Of a stretch of 64,000 nucleotides of DNA, positions 50,527 through 61,147 are shown piece by piece. Position numbers and translations under genes: made by a program. Numbering within the stretch: the stretch's first letter is position 1; the number at the start of each line of letters is the position of its first letter. The notes under the pieces are model-generated. The model was not told where the DNA came from. It made no database searches and saw nothing but the letters and a program-made list of their open reading frames with translations. The stretch spans positions 256,001-320,000 of the forward strand of contig CAVSMN010000012.1 in assembly GCA_963729045.1 (NCBI GenBank). Reading direction: 5' to 3'. Origin of the DNA: an uncultured Nitrososphaeraceae archaeon (GTDB lineage Archaea > Thermoproteota > Nitrososphaeria > Nitrososphaerales > Nitrososphaeraceae).

Positions 50527-52218
50527 TCATGCTCCAATAATCATATCTTTAAGCCCAGTTCCTGGAGCCACAAACGGGTATACATCCTCATCCGGATCTA
50601 TTGGAATATCGATCACAGTTGCAATGTCCGATTTAACGGCAACTTTGAGTGCCTTATCTAATTCATCCATTGAACCCACCTTATATGCTTGCGCACCATA
50701 TGATTCTGCCAATTTGCAATAGTCAGGACAATTCTTTTGATGCACTCCACTATATCTCCTATTATAAAAAGTTCTCTGCCACTGTGCAACCATGCCTAAC
50801 ATTTGATTATTAAGTAAGAATACAATGACTGGCAATTCTTCTAAGACTGAAACTGCAAGTGAATTTTCAGTCATACTAAATGATCCATCCCCTGCAATAT
50901 CCACTACGGGTACATCGTTTCTCGCTGCCTTCGCCCCGATAGAGGCGGGAAATCCAAATCCCATTGTCCCCAATCCTGTCGAGCTGAAAAATGTCCCAGG
51001 AGAGATGACGTCAAAGTGCAATGATGCCCACATTTGGCATTGTCCAACCTCAGTGGTTACGATTCCATCTGCAGGCAAGATATCGCGTAACTTCTTTAAT
51101 GCTTTCTTGGCTGTAATATCTCGAGGATAATCTTTGATACTATCCTCATAATAATTAACTAATTCCCTTTTCCTCCCCAACCATAATTTGGAAATTTCTT
51201 CGTTAGTCCTGAAATTCTTTGGGATTAGCTTTATGAGACTCCTTAATGATGATTTAACATCTCCAATTACCGCAGCATTCACTGATTTGTTCTTACCAAT
51301 TTCAGCCGGATCTACATCAAAATGAATAACGTTGATATCTTTGCCAAATTCATCAAATCTCCCCACAGTCCTGTCAGAAAATCTAGCCCCTATCGCAAGT
51401 ATGCAATCTGCTTCTTGTACCATCTTATTAGCTTCGGCATGTCCATGCATACCTATAGGACCAAGTGCCAAAGGGTGATTCTCGGGAAATGCTCCCTTCC
51501 CCTTGAAAGTAGTTACCACGGGTATTGAGAGTAACTCTGCTAATGTCTGCAATTCAGAGAACGCTCCAGAAAGAATTACTCCTCCGCCAGCCATTATCAT
51601 TGGCTTTTCAGCCTTAAGTATCATTTCACAGGCCTTGTTTATCTCTGATAAATCTGCATCAACTATGGGATTATACCCTCTAACTTTGATATATTCAGGA
51701 AAGTCCATCTTCGTTACCTGTTGCTGTACATCTTTTGGTATGTCTATTAATACTGGACCCGGTCTACCACTCTCTGCTATATAAAATGATTTTTTAACCA
51801 TTTCAGGTATCTCATTTGCAACTCTTGGCTGAAATGCGTATTTAGTTACTGGGTTAGTAACGCCTATAATGTCTGTCTCCTGGAACGCATCTTTGCCGAT
51901 CATAGGTAAAGCAACTTGACCAGTCACTGCTATAATCGGCGATGAATCCGCATATGCCGTAGCTATACCAGTAACAAGATTAGTGGCACCGGGACCTGAA
52001 GTTGCGAAACACACACCCGCTTTCCTCTTAATCCGAGCATAACCATCAGCCATATGTGCAGCAGATTGCTCATGTCGGACCAAAATATGTCTTATTTTAG
52101 AATCTACCAAAGCATCGTATATTGGCAGATTTGCTCCACCAGGAAGGCCAAATATATAATCTACCTTTTCTTTTTCTAACGCTGCCATTAAGGCTGCGGC
52201 ACCAGACATTTCACTCAC
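50527..52218 (-). CDS. ilvB: Acetolactate synthase large subunit
   Basis: FG.PGG, RHEQ.A.HMADGYAR, TSGPGATN, GMHG and the TPP motif GDGSF...NN..LGMV.QWQ. Confidence 0.97.
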   Translation of the reverse strand: MSEMSGAAALMAALEKEKVDYIFGLPGGANLPIYDALVDSKIRHILVRHEQSAAHMADGYARIKRKAGVCFATSGPGATNLVTGIATAYADSSPIIAVTGQVALPMIGKDAFQETDIIGVTNPVTKYAFQPRVANEIPEMVKKSFYIAESGRPGPVLIDIPKDVQQQVTKMDFPEYIKVRGYNPIVDADLSEINKACEMILKAEKPMIMAGGGVILSGAFSELQTLAELLSIPVVTTFKGKGAFPENHPLALGPIGMHGHAEANKMVQEADCILAIGARFSDRTVGRFDEFGKDINVIHFDVDPAEIGKNKSVNAAVIGDVKSSLRSLIKLIPKNFRTNEEISKLWLGRKRELVNYYEDSIKDYPRDITAKKALKKLRDILPADGIVTTEVGQCQMWASLHFDVISPGTFFSSTGLGTMGFGFPASIGAKAARNDVPVVDIAGDGSFSMTENSLAVSVLEELPVIVFLLNNQMLGMVAQWQRTFYNRRYSGVHQKNCPDYCKLAESYGAQAYKVGSMDELDKALKVAVKSDIATVIDIPIDPDEDVYPFVAPGTGLKDMIIGA

Positions 52219-52414
52219 GATTGATACAACTCCTATTAATCAAATCTAAAATTATAATAGTAAAAAACCTTTAACATGCAATATTTTTCTATTTGCTATA
52301 TCACAATTCATTGTTTTAATTAATCCCATTCATTATTTATAAACAAAGTTAATTTATAAATTTTGTTAGGTATCAAAGGACCTATACTTGATTAATACCC
52401 GTGGATTTAATAGA

Positions 52415-53246
52415 CTAAATCGACACTGTTTTATTCCTTGATTTTTTTCTAATTTCTTCTGTCATGGGGGATATGTTGCTATACTGATCATATGCTTCTT
52501 TTACTGTAGAATTTTCATGCACAATAGCTCTAACTGCCTTTATCATTGCAACCGGATTATCCGATTGCCAAATGTTTCTACCCATATCAACCCCAGAAGC
52601 TCCATCTCTGAGTGCATCAAAGGTCAATTGGAGTGCCTCCCTTTCTGCCAACTTTTTGCCTCCTGCAATAATTACTGGGACAGGACACCCCTCAACCACT
52701 TTATCAAAATCGGGACAATGATAAGTTTTTACAATATGAGCACCAAGTTCAGCTGCGATCCGACATGCCAAAGCCTAAATAACGGGAATCTCTTGCCATT
52801 TCTTTACCTACTGCAGTGACTGCCAAAACCGGTATACCATATTTTTCACCCTCATTAACCAATTTTGAAAGATTTTTTAAAGTTTGAAATTCATATTTAC
52901 TCCCTACAAATATAGATAATGCAAGACATGATGCATTTAGTTTAATAGCCTCTTCTATAGAGGTAACTATAGTTTCTTTTGACAGATCCTCTCCAATTAT
53001 ACTGGAACCACCTGATACCCTCAATACAATCGGAGTGTTACTTTCAGGAATTACAGATGTTCTCAAAACACCACGAGTAAGCATTAAAGAATCTGCATAA
53101 TTTAATAATGGACCAACGGTTTCTCTAGGATTTTCTAGTCTCTCGGTGGGACCTAAAAAATAGCCATGATCTACTGCCAACATCACACAACGACTGTTGT
53201 CGGGCTTTATTATTTTAGAAAGTCTGTTTTTCATTCCCCAATCCAT
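52415..53246 (-). CDS. lsrF: LsrF-like class I aldolase/thiolase (DhnA family); +1 indel at ~52771
   Basis: MDWGM..RL..I...MLA.DHGYF.GPT, then [22 protein letters not shown] and [10 protein letters not shown]. Confidence 0.9.
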
Positions 53247-53297
53247 TTTGAATACTGGTTGTAGTTTATTGAAATGCTATAAAAATATTGATAAAGA

Positions 53298-54337
53298 TTA
53301 TTCCATGGTAATTATGATCTTCATCGAGTCTATAGCTTGGTGAGCATGCACTAATGCTTTGTGAGAATCCTGTAATGGAAATCTGTGAGTAATCAATGGT
53401 TCAAAATTCATAATCTTGGCTTCCATTAGAGCGATGGTTTGATGAATTTCCCTTTCAGATGCAGCATAGCTTGGTAATATTTTTAATTCCTTGGAATAAA
53501 TCATATTCAGGTCTATATTAACTTCCGTGTCTTTCGGCGGTACACCAAAAAGAGAAATTGTTCCCCCTTTACGTGTTATGCTTAAGGATTGAATGAATGC
53601 GCTAACATTGCTTGTGGAAATAATTGAAACATCTGACCCATTTTTACCAAGAAATTTTAATGATTTCTTTTTGAATTCAGCTTCATGCATATTAGCCATA
53701 TTTATGACTTCAACCTGTTGGTCAATTTTCTTAGCAAATTCTAGCCGAAAACTATTAACATCGACAAGTAATATCTTCGAAGCACCAAAAAACCTTGCCA
53801 AAATCATATGCATCAAACCAGTTGGTCCGGCTCCAAATATTACAATAGTATCGGCTTTCTGTAAGTTTACTTTATTTAAAGATCGCAAACAGCATGCAAT
53901 TGGTTCAATCAACGCAGCCTCAGAAAAATTAATGTTGTCAGGAAGTCTAATAGTCCACCTTTAGAGAGATTCCAATGTGGTACAAGAATGAACTCAGAGA
54001 GCCCACATGGATCAATATTACTTTTTTGGTATTTTTCACACATTGTGAAATCATCGTTATAGCAAAAATGGCATGAATAACATGGTACATGATGGTGAAC
54101 AAAAACCCTGTCGCCTTTTTTAAAATCTTTAATATTCGCTCCTAATTTAACAATTTCACCTGCAGGTTCGTGTCCAATTCTTGAAGATTTCATCCCATAT
54201 TTTCCAAAAACCTTTTCCAAGTCAGATCCACAGATTCCACAAGCCTTCATACGCACCAGAACTTCATTATTACCAACCTTAGGTAAATCAAAATCTTTCA
54301 CTTCTACCTTGTTTTTAACAAGCACTGCCGCCTTCAT
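53298..54337 (-). CDS. Zn-dependent alcohol/polyol dehydrogenase (MDR family); indel at ~53950
   Basis: MKAAV start at 54337, CGICGSD, GHE, C..C..C......C, EPIAC, GAGP.G and ITHRFPL. Confidence 0.9.
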
Positions 54338-54652
54338 ACAATATTCATGACTGGGAATGTTCAATAAAATTTTATTATTTTGAATATTTTTTTGGCTTCT
54401 TTTGAAATATTTTTTTACACCCTTCACAGCAAAAATATATTTTTTTATCGTTATAATCAAGGATCGTTGCTAAATCTTCACTTAGTTCAATTCCGCATAC
54501 AGGGTCTACTTGCACAGTTAAAAAAAAAATACCTAGGTATTTATTATTTCCTAACCGATCATCTCTATATCCATATTTCTCATTTATTTTATCATTAAGT
54601 CAACGTTAGTTAACCACATCTAAATTTATAAGCTCAAAATTTAATGAAATTG

Positions 54653-54823
54653 ATGTCTTGTCCGATTATTGAGATATTTTGCTATCAGTGTGGAAGCAAA
54701 ATAAAGCATATGATAAACGTAAAACCCATCAAGGATATTTTAAGAAATACAATGAATAGATGCTCAACTTGTGGAATAGAACTTAACCCAACAGATTTCA
54801 CAATCGAATTAGAAAAACAATAA
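54653..54823 (+). CDS. Small Zn-ribbon protein (56 aa), absent from the ORF track
   Basis: MSCPIIEIFCYQCGSKIKHMINVKPIKDILRNTMNRCSTCGIELNPTDFTIELEKQ*, with two CxxCG knuckles. Alternative in-frame ATG at 54644. Confidence 0.8.
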   Translation: MSCPIIEIFCYQCGSKIKHMINVKPIKDILRNTMNRCSTCGIELNPTDFTIELEKQ

Positions 54824-54903
54824 ATTAATCTGTCTGTTACTTAGAATTAATTATTGATAAAATATAGATAATTTTAAATTCGTAGCTAAATTCTACCTAG
54901 GAT

Positions 54904-56055
54904 GTGTCATTTCAAAGGAAATTTTACTCGGGTTTTGCAACACCCAAGGGCACATCAAAGTATATGGATAACGCTTTAAAAAGGGGTGTAAGTAGATCTC
55001 ATTTCAAAAACATAGAAAATATGAAACTTTCATCCGTGGGAATGGGTACCTATCTCGGAAACCTCTCTGCACAAGACGATGCTGACCTTGAAAAGTCTCT
55101 TTATTATAGCATAAAAGAAGGTGGGATAAACTTGATTGATACGTCGATAAATTATCGTTCAATGCTATCTGAGAAATGTATAGGCCGAGCTATAAACAAC
55201 TTGATTGAAGAAGAAGTAATTGATAGGGAAAGTGTATTTATTTGTACTAAAAATGGATATGTAACTAATGATGGGGATTTGAGTAAGGTAGATATCGATA
55301 CATATTTACAACTAATGTTTCTAAATAATAATATTATATCTCGTTCCGACCTAAGTCCTTCGTACCATATCATGAATCCAAATTATATTTCTAGGTGCCT
55401 AGACAAGTCGTTATGTAATATGGGAATTAATACGATTGATTTGATTTACATTCATAATTCATTCGAAAGTTGGTATAACATAGTAGATAGGTCCACATAC
55501 CATGAAATGTTGTCTCGGGTTTTCCAGTTATATGAGGATTTCAGGCAAAAAGGCAAAATTAATTTTTATGGGATGGCTACTTGGAATTGCTTTACCTCAA
55601 AAGAAAACAGTAAGGGTTACCTATCTTTAAAAGAGGTTGTCAATATAGCCAAAGATGTTGGTGGGACTAACAACGGTTTCAAATTTATTCAATTACCCTT
55701 TAATATGTATCTTAACGAACCATACACATTTAGAAATCAACCTACAGAAACATCCAGCAAAGCAACTCTACTAGAATCTGCCCAAAAATATGGAATCCAT
55801 GTTTTTACTAGTGTACCACTCTACCAGGGAAAATTACTTCATTCAGAACTAAACAAATCGCCGTTAGACAATCTTCCTGCGATGTCTCTTAAATTATTAC
55901 AATTTGTCCGATCGACACCGGGAATTACCGCCCCTTTAATTGGACAAAAAAAACCTGAGCATACAAAAGAGAACACCTTGATTTCTAAATACCCCCCTTT
56001 AAATGAAGTCGAATTTAATACAGTGATGAGCATGTTGAAAAAATCTGATAAATAA
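54904..56055 (+). CDS. Aldo/keto reductase
   Basis: G.GTY, GIN.IDT.INYR...SE..IG, TK.G, IDL.YIHN, IQLPFN and PL.QG.L. Confidence 0.92.
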   Translation: MSFQRKFYSGFATPKGTSKYMDNALKRGVSRSHFKNIENMKLSSVGMGTYLGNLSAQDDADLEKSLYYSIKEGGINLIDTSINYRSMLSEKCIGRAINNLIEEEVIDRESVFICTKNGYVTNDGDLSKVDIDTYLQLMFLNNNIISRSDLSPSYHIMNPNYISRCLDKSLCNMGINTIDLIYIHNSFESWYNIVDRSTYHEMLSRVFQLYEDFRQKGKINFYGMATWNCFTSKENSKGYLSLKEVVNIAKDVGGTNNGFKFIQLPFNMYLNEPYTFRNQPTETSSKATLLESAQKYGIHVFTSVPLYQGKLLHSELNKSPLDNLPAMSLKLLQFVRSTPGITAPLIGQKKPEHTKENTLISKYPPLNEVEFNTVMSMLKKSDK

Positions 56056-56084
56056 ATTGACCAACCTTCAAATCGCATCACAGG

Positions 56085-57020
56085 ATGATTTTTAAATTAG
56101 ATATCTGGTTAAGGGCGATAAGGTTCAGATTTCTTGCTGCCTCAGCCATCGCCGTTACTTGTGGGCTAGCATTGACAATATGGTATCAACCCCAGAATCT
56201 TAGTCTATTTTATGCGATTCTAACATATATTGGCATTTTCTGCCTTCATTCTAGCGTTGATTTGCTAAATGACTATTGGGATTTTAAGAGAGGTATAGAC
56301 TTGAGAACAAAAAAAACAAAATTTAGCGGCGGGACGGGGGTTTTACCACAGGGTCTTCTAAAACCACGCCAGGTTTATCTCGCAGGCATATCCTTCCTAA
56401 TTTTAGGATTGATGATAGGTGGTATTTTTGTTTATTTTAAAGGATTTGTTATTGCCATCATACTATTATTCGCTGCTTTGTCGATAGTTCTCTATTCGAG
56501 TAAATTAGTAAATTGGGGGTTGGGGGAATTATTTGTAGGGGCTAAGGGAGCATTAATAGTGGTTGGGACCTTTTATGTTCAAAACTCAAGTATTACTTTA
56601 GAATCAGTTGTACTCGGGATCATAATTGGTATGTTATCATCATTGGTTCTATTCATAAATTCAATACCTGACATTGTTCCTGACAGGCAAATGGGACGGA
56701 AGACTCTGGCCATAATGATAGATAAAAGGAGCAATCGTTTCATTTTCATATTTGTCGTTGGAATAAATGTTGGAATATACCTCTTGACCATCGGGTTCTT
56801 TTCAACTTTGATAAATAGTTATTTTTCAATTATTCCTTGTATTTTGCTTATACCATACATAGGATTAATGCTGTACAGATTCAAAAATTTTCTCTACAAT
56901 TTTAAACGTCTTAATAATGACTATTACATAAGAATAATGGCGAATACCGTGTTCTTTTCCCGGTTTTTTGGGATTTCGCTAATTGTAGGCATTACCTTTG
57001 CGTTTTTATATCAGACATAG
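56085..57020 (+). CDS. menA: UbiA-family prenyltransferase, MenA-like
   Basis: W..AIR..L, NDY.D..RG.D......SGG, GLGE..V and N..PD...D...G.KTLA; multi-TM. Confidence 0.85.
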   Translation: MIFKLDIWLRAIRFRFLAASAIAVTCGLALTIWYQPQNLSLFYAILTYIGIFCLHSSVDLLNDYWDFKRGIDLRTKKTKFSGGTGVLPQGLLKPRQVYLAGISFLILGLMIGGIFVYFKGFVIAIILLFAALSIVLYSSKLVNWGLGELFVGAKGALIVVGTFYVQNSSITLESVVLGIIIGMLSSLVLFINSIPDIVPDRQMGRKTLAIMIDKRSNRFIFIFVVGINVGIYLLTIGFFSTLINSYFSIIPCILLIPYIGLMLYRFKNFLYNFKRLNNDYYIRIMANTVFFSRFFGISLIVGITFAFLYQT

Positions 57021-57036
57021 GACAGACCAGAGTAAA

Positions 57037-57904
57037 TTGATAAAGATTTCGTGTTCTGACAGGGATAAATTCAAGTTCATATCCAATCTCATCAATTCGC
57101 TGGACGAATCTACAATTTTTAAGCAATTCTTTTATTTTGATAGTGTCAAATCAACTCAAGATTTCGCATGATGAATTACAAAGAGATGGTGGTGATTTTT
57201 ATCCATCAGTAATAATTAGCGATTTTCAGATTGGTGGTAAAGGGAGAAAGGGTCCGAATTGGGCGTCTCCCAAGGGTGGAATTTGGATGTCATTGGTACT
57301 AGAGACTGATTTAAAGACTCATGAGTTATTTCGTATACTAATGTTGGTTACCAGATCGCTTTGTCAGACTTTGGAAAATAATACCAAATTAATATCGATG
57401 GTAAAATGGCCCAATGACATTTTAATCAATGGTAAGAAGGTTGCAGGCATTTTGTTAGATGCGGAAGTCGAGAGTGAGAGTATAAGACAGGTAATCATTG
57501 GAATAGGCGTGAATTCCAACAATGATTTGGATTTTACCAAGCTTATGATCAAAGACAAGAATAGCGGAATTTATGATTATGACATTACAACCATTAAATA
57601 TGAGAATCAAAATATTGAAATTTCAAACCATGATTTTATCCAGTATTTCTTAAAAAGCATTGATGATGCATTTCAAGACTTAAAGTCAAGTGAATTCGTG
57701 GAGGAATTAACAACCTTTTACAAGCATAAAATAATGGAATCACAGAAGCATTTGAAATACAGGTTTTCGATTGGAGGTAACAAATTTAATGGAGAAATAA
57801 GAAAAATATACAATGATGGATCATTGCTTGTAAAGAACTTAGATTCCGACCACAACAATGATTTGATTAGAATTAATTCAGTTTATGATTTGAGTCAGCC
57901 GTGA
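57037..57904 (+). CDS. birA: Biotin--[acetyl-CoA carboxylase] ligase (N-terminus in another frame, indel at ~57168)
   Basis: The TTG 57037 frame gives YFDSV.STQD.A. The downstream frame has Q..GKGR.G..W.SP.GG, KWPNDI...GKK.AGIL and GIGVN. Confidence 0.92.
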
Positions 57905-57949
57905 TCTGAGAATTTTGTAATGGATTTTGACTCTTTTGACTTTAACCTC

Positions 57950-58342
57950 TTATGATCCTATCATACCTGGCATCTTGATGGGGGATCTAAACGCTTTATC
58001 GATACTTATCCCTTCTCCTGTAAATACCGAAACAGTCTTTAGAAGAGCGCCCTGCGGAGGAGATAAAATAATGGTCTGACCTGGCTCAATCTTTAACAAA
58101 TTTTCAGTCAAATTCTTATTGTTATCATATACTATGTAAATGTCATTTAGAGCAAGCTTACCAGTATTTTTTAACACTACTCGAGAATTGACCAACAGAG
58201 ACTCTGGGTCCTTTAACGCATCTACGTCTAGAGAATAATCTTTAAACGGTATAGAAATCAAAACATTGTAAATAACGACTACTAAAACTACGACAATTAA
58301 TACAATCAGTATTAGTTCAACTTTATTGATTTTCAATACCAT
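57950..58342 (-). CDS. Membrane-anchored hypothetical protein with an Ig-like (CARDB-type) domain
   Basis: N-terminal TM helix followed by V.LKNTG...L.DI and L.PGQT. Confidence 0.65.
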   Translation of the reverse strand: MVLKINKVELILIVLIVVVLVVVIYNVLISIPFKDYSLDVDALKDPESLLVNSRVVLKNTGKLALNDIYIVYDNNKNLTENLLKIEPGQTIILSPPQGALLKTVSVFTGEGISIDKAFRSPIKMPGMIGS

Positions 58343-58861
58343 AATTCTACCTGATATATTTTATAAAAAAGTATTCCTTTTTGGTTATTTATTATTCCTG
58401 CTAATAAAAGATCAATTTTTTCTGTGTTAAATTACCCATATATGTGCAAATTTGATATAACATGACAAATCGAAATTTATCGCATTAATCAATAGACTGG
58501 GCGTGCAAATTACTTACACATTCCAATTATGAAATTATAAAAAAATTTATCAAATTTTTTTACCATCATGATAGATTCTGAAAAAAGACTTTTCTTAATA
58601 TATCTCATGTGAGGTCCCCAATATTTTAAAGTTCTGTAGCCAATCCATATGAATGATTTATGAGCGGTAGGTCCCAGAGGACTAGATAAGATCGAATTGG
58701 GATCTACATATACATCCGGTACTTTTCACCTTCCTAAATTCCATAAGTTCCAAAGTCAAATGGAATTTTATCTGGGTGACTAAATAGTGTAAAATTGATA
58801 ACTTTAAATATGATTTACTTTTATTAGATAGTTACATCGACCAAACCGAAGGGGAACATGT

Positions 58862-58890
58862 TTAGTGCACCGATAATATCGGTGCACTAA
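58862..58890. repeat. Perfect inverted repeat (14-bp arms, 1-nt spacer)
   Basis: ttagtgcaccgata-a-tatcggtgcactaa, 15 nt past the stop of the minus-strand PsbP-like gene. Confidence 0.9.
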
Positions 58891-58905
58891 GCAATTATTT
58901 ACTTA

Positions 58906-59512
58906 TTATTTAGGTAGGAATTTAAATGAATGAATCATATCATTTGCCGTATTTTCAAAGGTATTATATTTATCCAAAGAAGCTTTGTAGGTGATAATAT
59001 AGATATTCTCATAATTGGAAACTACAATTTGCATTGCCTTGCGATTTTGTAATTTACTGTCCGTTGCTGTAAAAACTACTTTCACAGCCTTCTTTCCGTC
59101 CACAGTTAAGGTATCAGATGCTTCCAATTTGAAATCTTTATGTTCTTTTTGAATTTGAGATATAATCTCTTTTGATGCAGAATCGGCAGATATGTTCTTT
59201 CCTGGCGTGGGAACTACTTTAACCACAAGGCCAGCCGGACTACTAACTGAATCTTTATCCTTAGGGGCAATCAGAATTATTTCATTGTTTATCTTAACAG
59301 ACTTTTCCCAGTTAATGGGATAGTCAATTGTGAAATGAAATTTATTATCCGTATATGTTAGCATTGACTGACCTTGAGCTTCGTGAAAGAAACCCAAAAT
59401 TAAGAGATCCTTACCCGCTAACTGATTTATATGAAACAAGAAACACAAGAATAACCACAGAAATCAAAATATTTCCGATGGATTTTTGTAAATATCTGTG
59501 CGGTATCGTCAT
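58906..59512 (-). CDS. PsbP-related exported protein (signal/TM segment offset by a +1 indel at ~59415)
   Basis: Y....F.F.IDYP.NW, ...VDG.KA and YIITY.A....Y.......MI.SF.F. The ATG at 59512 gives a hydrophobic leader, ILISVVILVFLVS. Confidence 0.8.
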
Positions 59513-59589
59513 AATATCATACTTTTCAGGTAATTATTAAATATTCGAAAAATTATACGATTAGACTTTGCTGAAAAAGTGGCAAAAAT

Positions 59590-59898
59590 TTACTTTGATC
59601 TTGAAATCGATACCTCTATTGTAGAGACATTTCTAGGTTTATCATCTTCAGTGCCAGTTAGAACATCTGAACCTAACTTTACTTTTTCTACTCTATAACC
59701 CAACGTATTCATTCTTTTTACTATTATTTGAGCCACATCTACTGCCCTTGTGATGCTTTTCCCTCTTGCTTTTATGACGACAGTTGGCTCATTAGCTAGT
59801 TGGACCAGAGTTGCAGTTACATACGTCATTAGTGGTTTTTTCCCAATAAAAATTTCATTGCTTTTTCTATTTCCCGATTCGTATTTGCTATGAGACAT
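59590..59898 (-). CDS. albA: DNA/RNA-binding protein Alba
   Basis: IFIGKKP.M.YV...KARG.SI.RAVDVA...R.VS.IE. Confidence 0.96.
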   Translation of the reverse strand: MSHSKYESGNRKSNEIFIGKKPLMTYVTATLVQLANEPTVVIKARGKSITRAVDVAQIIVKRMNTLGYRVEKVKLGSDVLTGTEDDKPRNVSTIEVSISRSK

Positions 59899-59934
59899 TA
59901 AATATCATGCAAAATTCAATAATATAATAGTATA

Positions 59935-60165
59935 TCACTTATCTAACTCTTCTAAAATTTCAATTATTTTATCAGGATTTAACATTGCCTTTTCTACTGT
60001 GCTCTTATCTGTAATTTCATAACAATTGATTAGTTCACTTTCGTCCTTATAGAATAGAAAAATTGAATTGTCATAAATAATCGGGTATAGCTTTTCTATG
60101 ATCATAGATTCAGGATTTATCTTTATCTTATTTTCAATATCAATTTCTACAGGATTTTTACTCAT
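59935..60165 (-). CDS. Hypothetical acidic protein (76 aa)
   Basis: Intact ORF co-oriented with secE and albA. Confidence 0.6.
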   Translation of the reverse strand: MSKNPVEIDIENKIKINPESMIIEKLYPIIYDNSIFLFYKDESELINCYEITDKSTVEKAMLNPDKIIEILEELDK

Positions 60166-60246
60166 CTTCGTTCACAAAACAAACCATAACGATAAATCTA
60201 TTCTTCCAGCTTGCTATGGTATAAATTGATGTGAAAAATTCATGTA

Positions 60247-60445
60247 CTACTTATTTACGAATAGTAGTTCGCCGACTAACTTTATCATAAAACCAATTCC
60301 GCCTACAGCACCTATAGCCAATAATACCAATCTTAGATGGGTGAAATAATCGTCCTTGCTTGTTTTTTTTGCTAATTTAAGAGTTTGAAAAATCTCACCT
60401 ATTCTTTTTTGAACTTTATCCAGTATTTTTTGTAAATGAGAACAA
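60247..60445 (-). CDS. secE: Protein translocase SecE / Sec61 gamma, absent from the ORF track
   Basis: Reads ILDKVQKRIGEIFQTLKLAKKTSKDDYFTHLRLVLLAIGAVGGIGFMIKLVGELLFVNK*, matching L.LAKK...EY......G.IGF.I. The start is uncertain: TTG at 60445 with one extra A in an A6 run, or CTG at 60423. Confidence 0.85.
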
Positions 60446-60523
60446 TTGATTTCTAAGATTCTAGATATTTCATTATAATTTTAATATTTCTAATTTCAAA
60501 ACCCAATTTACCATAACTACTAC

Positions 60524-61000
60524 TCAACCAAAATTTTGATTGCTAGTCTGTATCGAATAAACCGGTTCCTTATCTGTTCGTTGCATCTCCACAAATGTCT
60601 CTGTAGCCTGAATACCTTCTATTTTCCCGATTCTCTCTATTACTACTTTGTGTAGCTCCTCCAAAGTTCTTGTATTTACCGATAATATTATGTCGAAACG
60701 ACCAGTAACTTCTATTAGTGACCTTATTTCTGGGATCTTAATAAGTTCATTATGGATAGGTTCTTTTAATTTTGGGTCACGATTTATGCCGACTGTTGCC
60801 TTAATATTGATACCCAACTGTGATTCATTTATTATAACCGTAAATTTTCTAATGAGTTCTCGTTTGGTAAGCCTTTTTATTCTGCTATATAAAACTGAGG
60901 AATTAATGTTTAATTTCTTACTCAGCTGGGGGATTGAAATACTTGCATCTTTTGTCAATTCTGACAAAATTTTCATATCTAAATCATCGAATCTTTGCAA
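60524..61000 (-). CDS. Lrp/AsnC family transcriptional regulator
   Basis: DDLD.KIL..L..DA......L...L.......RIKRL HTH and VTGRFD RAM domain. Confidence 0.95.
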   Translation of the reverse strand: MQRFDDLDMKILSELTKDASISIPQLSKKLNINSSVLYSRIKRLTKRELIRKFTVIINESQLGINIKATVGINRDPKLKEPIHNELIKIPEIRSLIEVTGRFDIILSVNTRTLEELHKVVIERIGKIEGIQATETFVEMQRTDKEPVYSIQTSNQNFG

Positions 61001-61147
61001 GATTGACTCTATCTTATAATTATTGGTTACATTAATAAATGTAATTAAATAATTTGCTTAAAATCATAAATATATTTAAAAAATCTAGTATTTTTTTTTA
61101 ATAGATTATTAGTAAATATTATATTATTAAATCTACAACTTTTCAAT

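Noticed and set aside
50084..50722. 212-aa plus-strand ORF, and the many other antisense ORFs in the track (e.g. 37667-38104, 39198-39623, 60648-61019)
   Set aside because: They are shadow frames overlapping well-supported genes on the opposite strand and have no recognisable motifs.
58343..58860. Long spacer searched for a small ORF, ncRNA or CRISPR repeats
   Set aside because: It contains only very short ORFs, no direct-repeat/spacer periodicity and no recognisable RNA fold.
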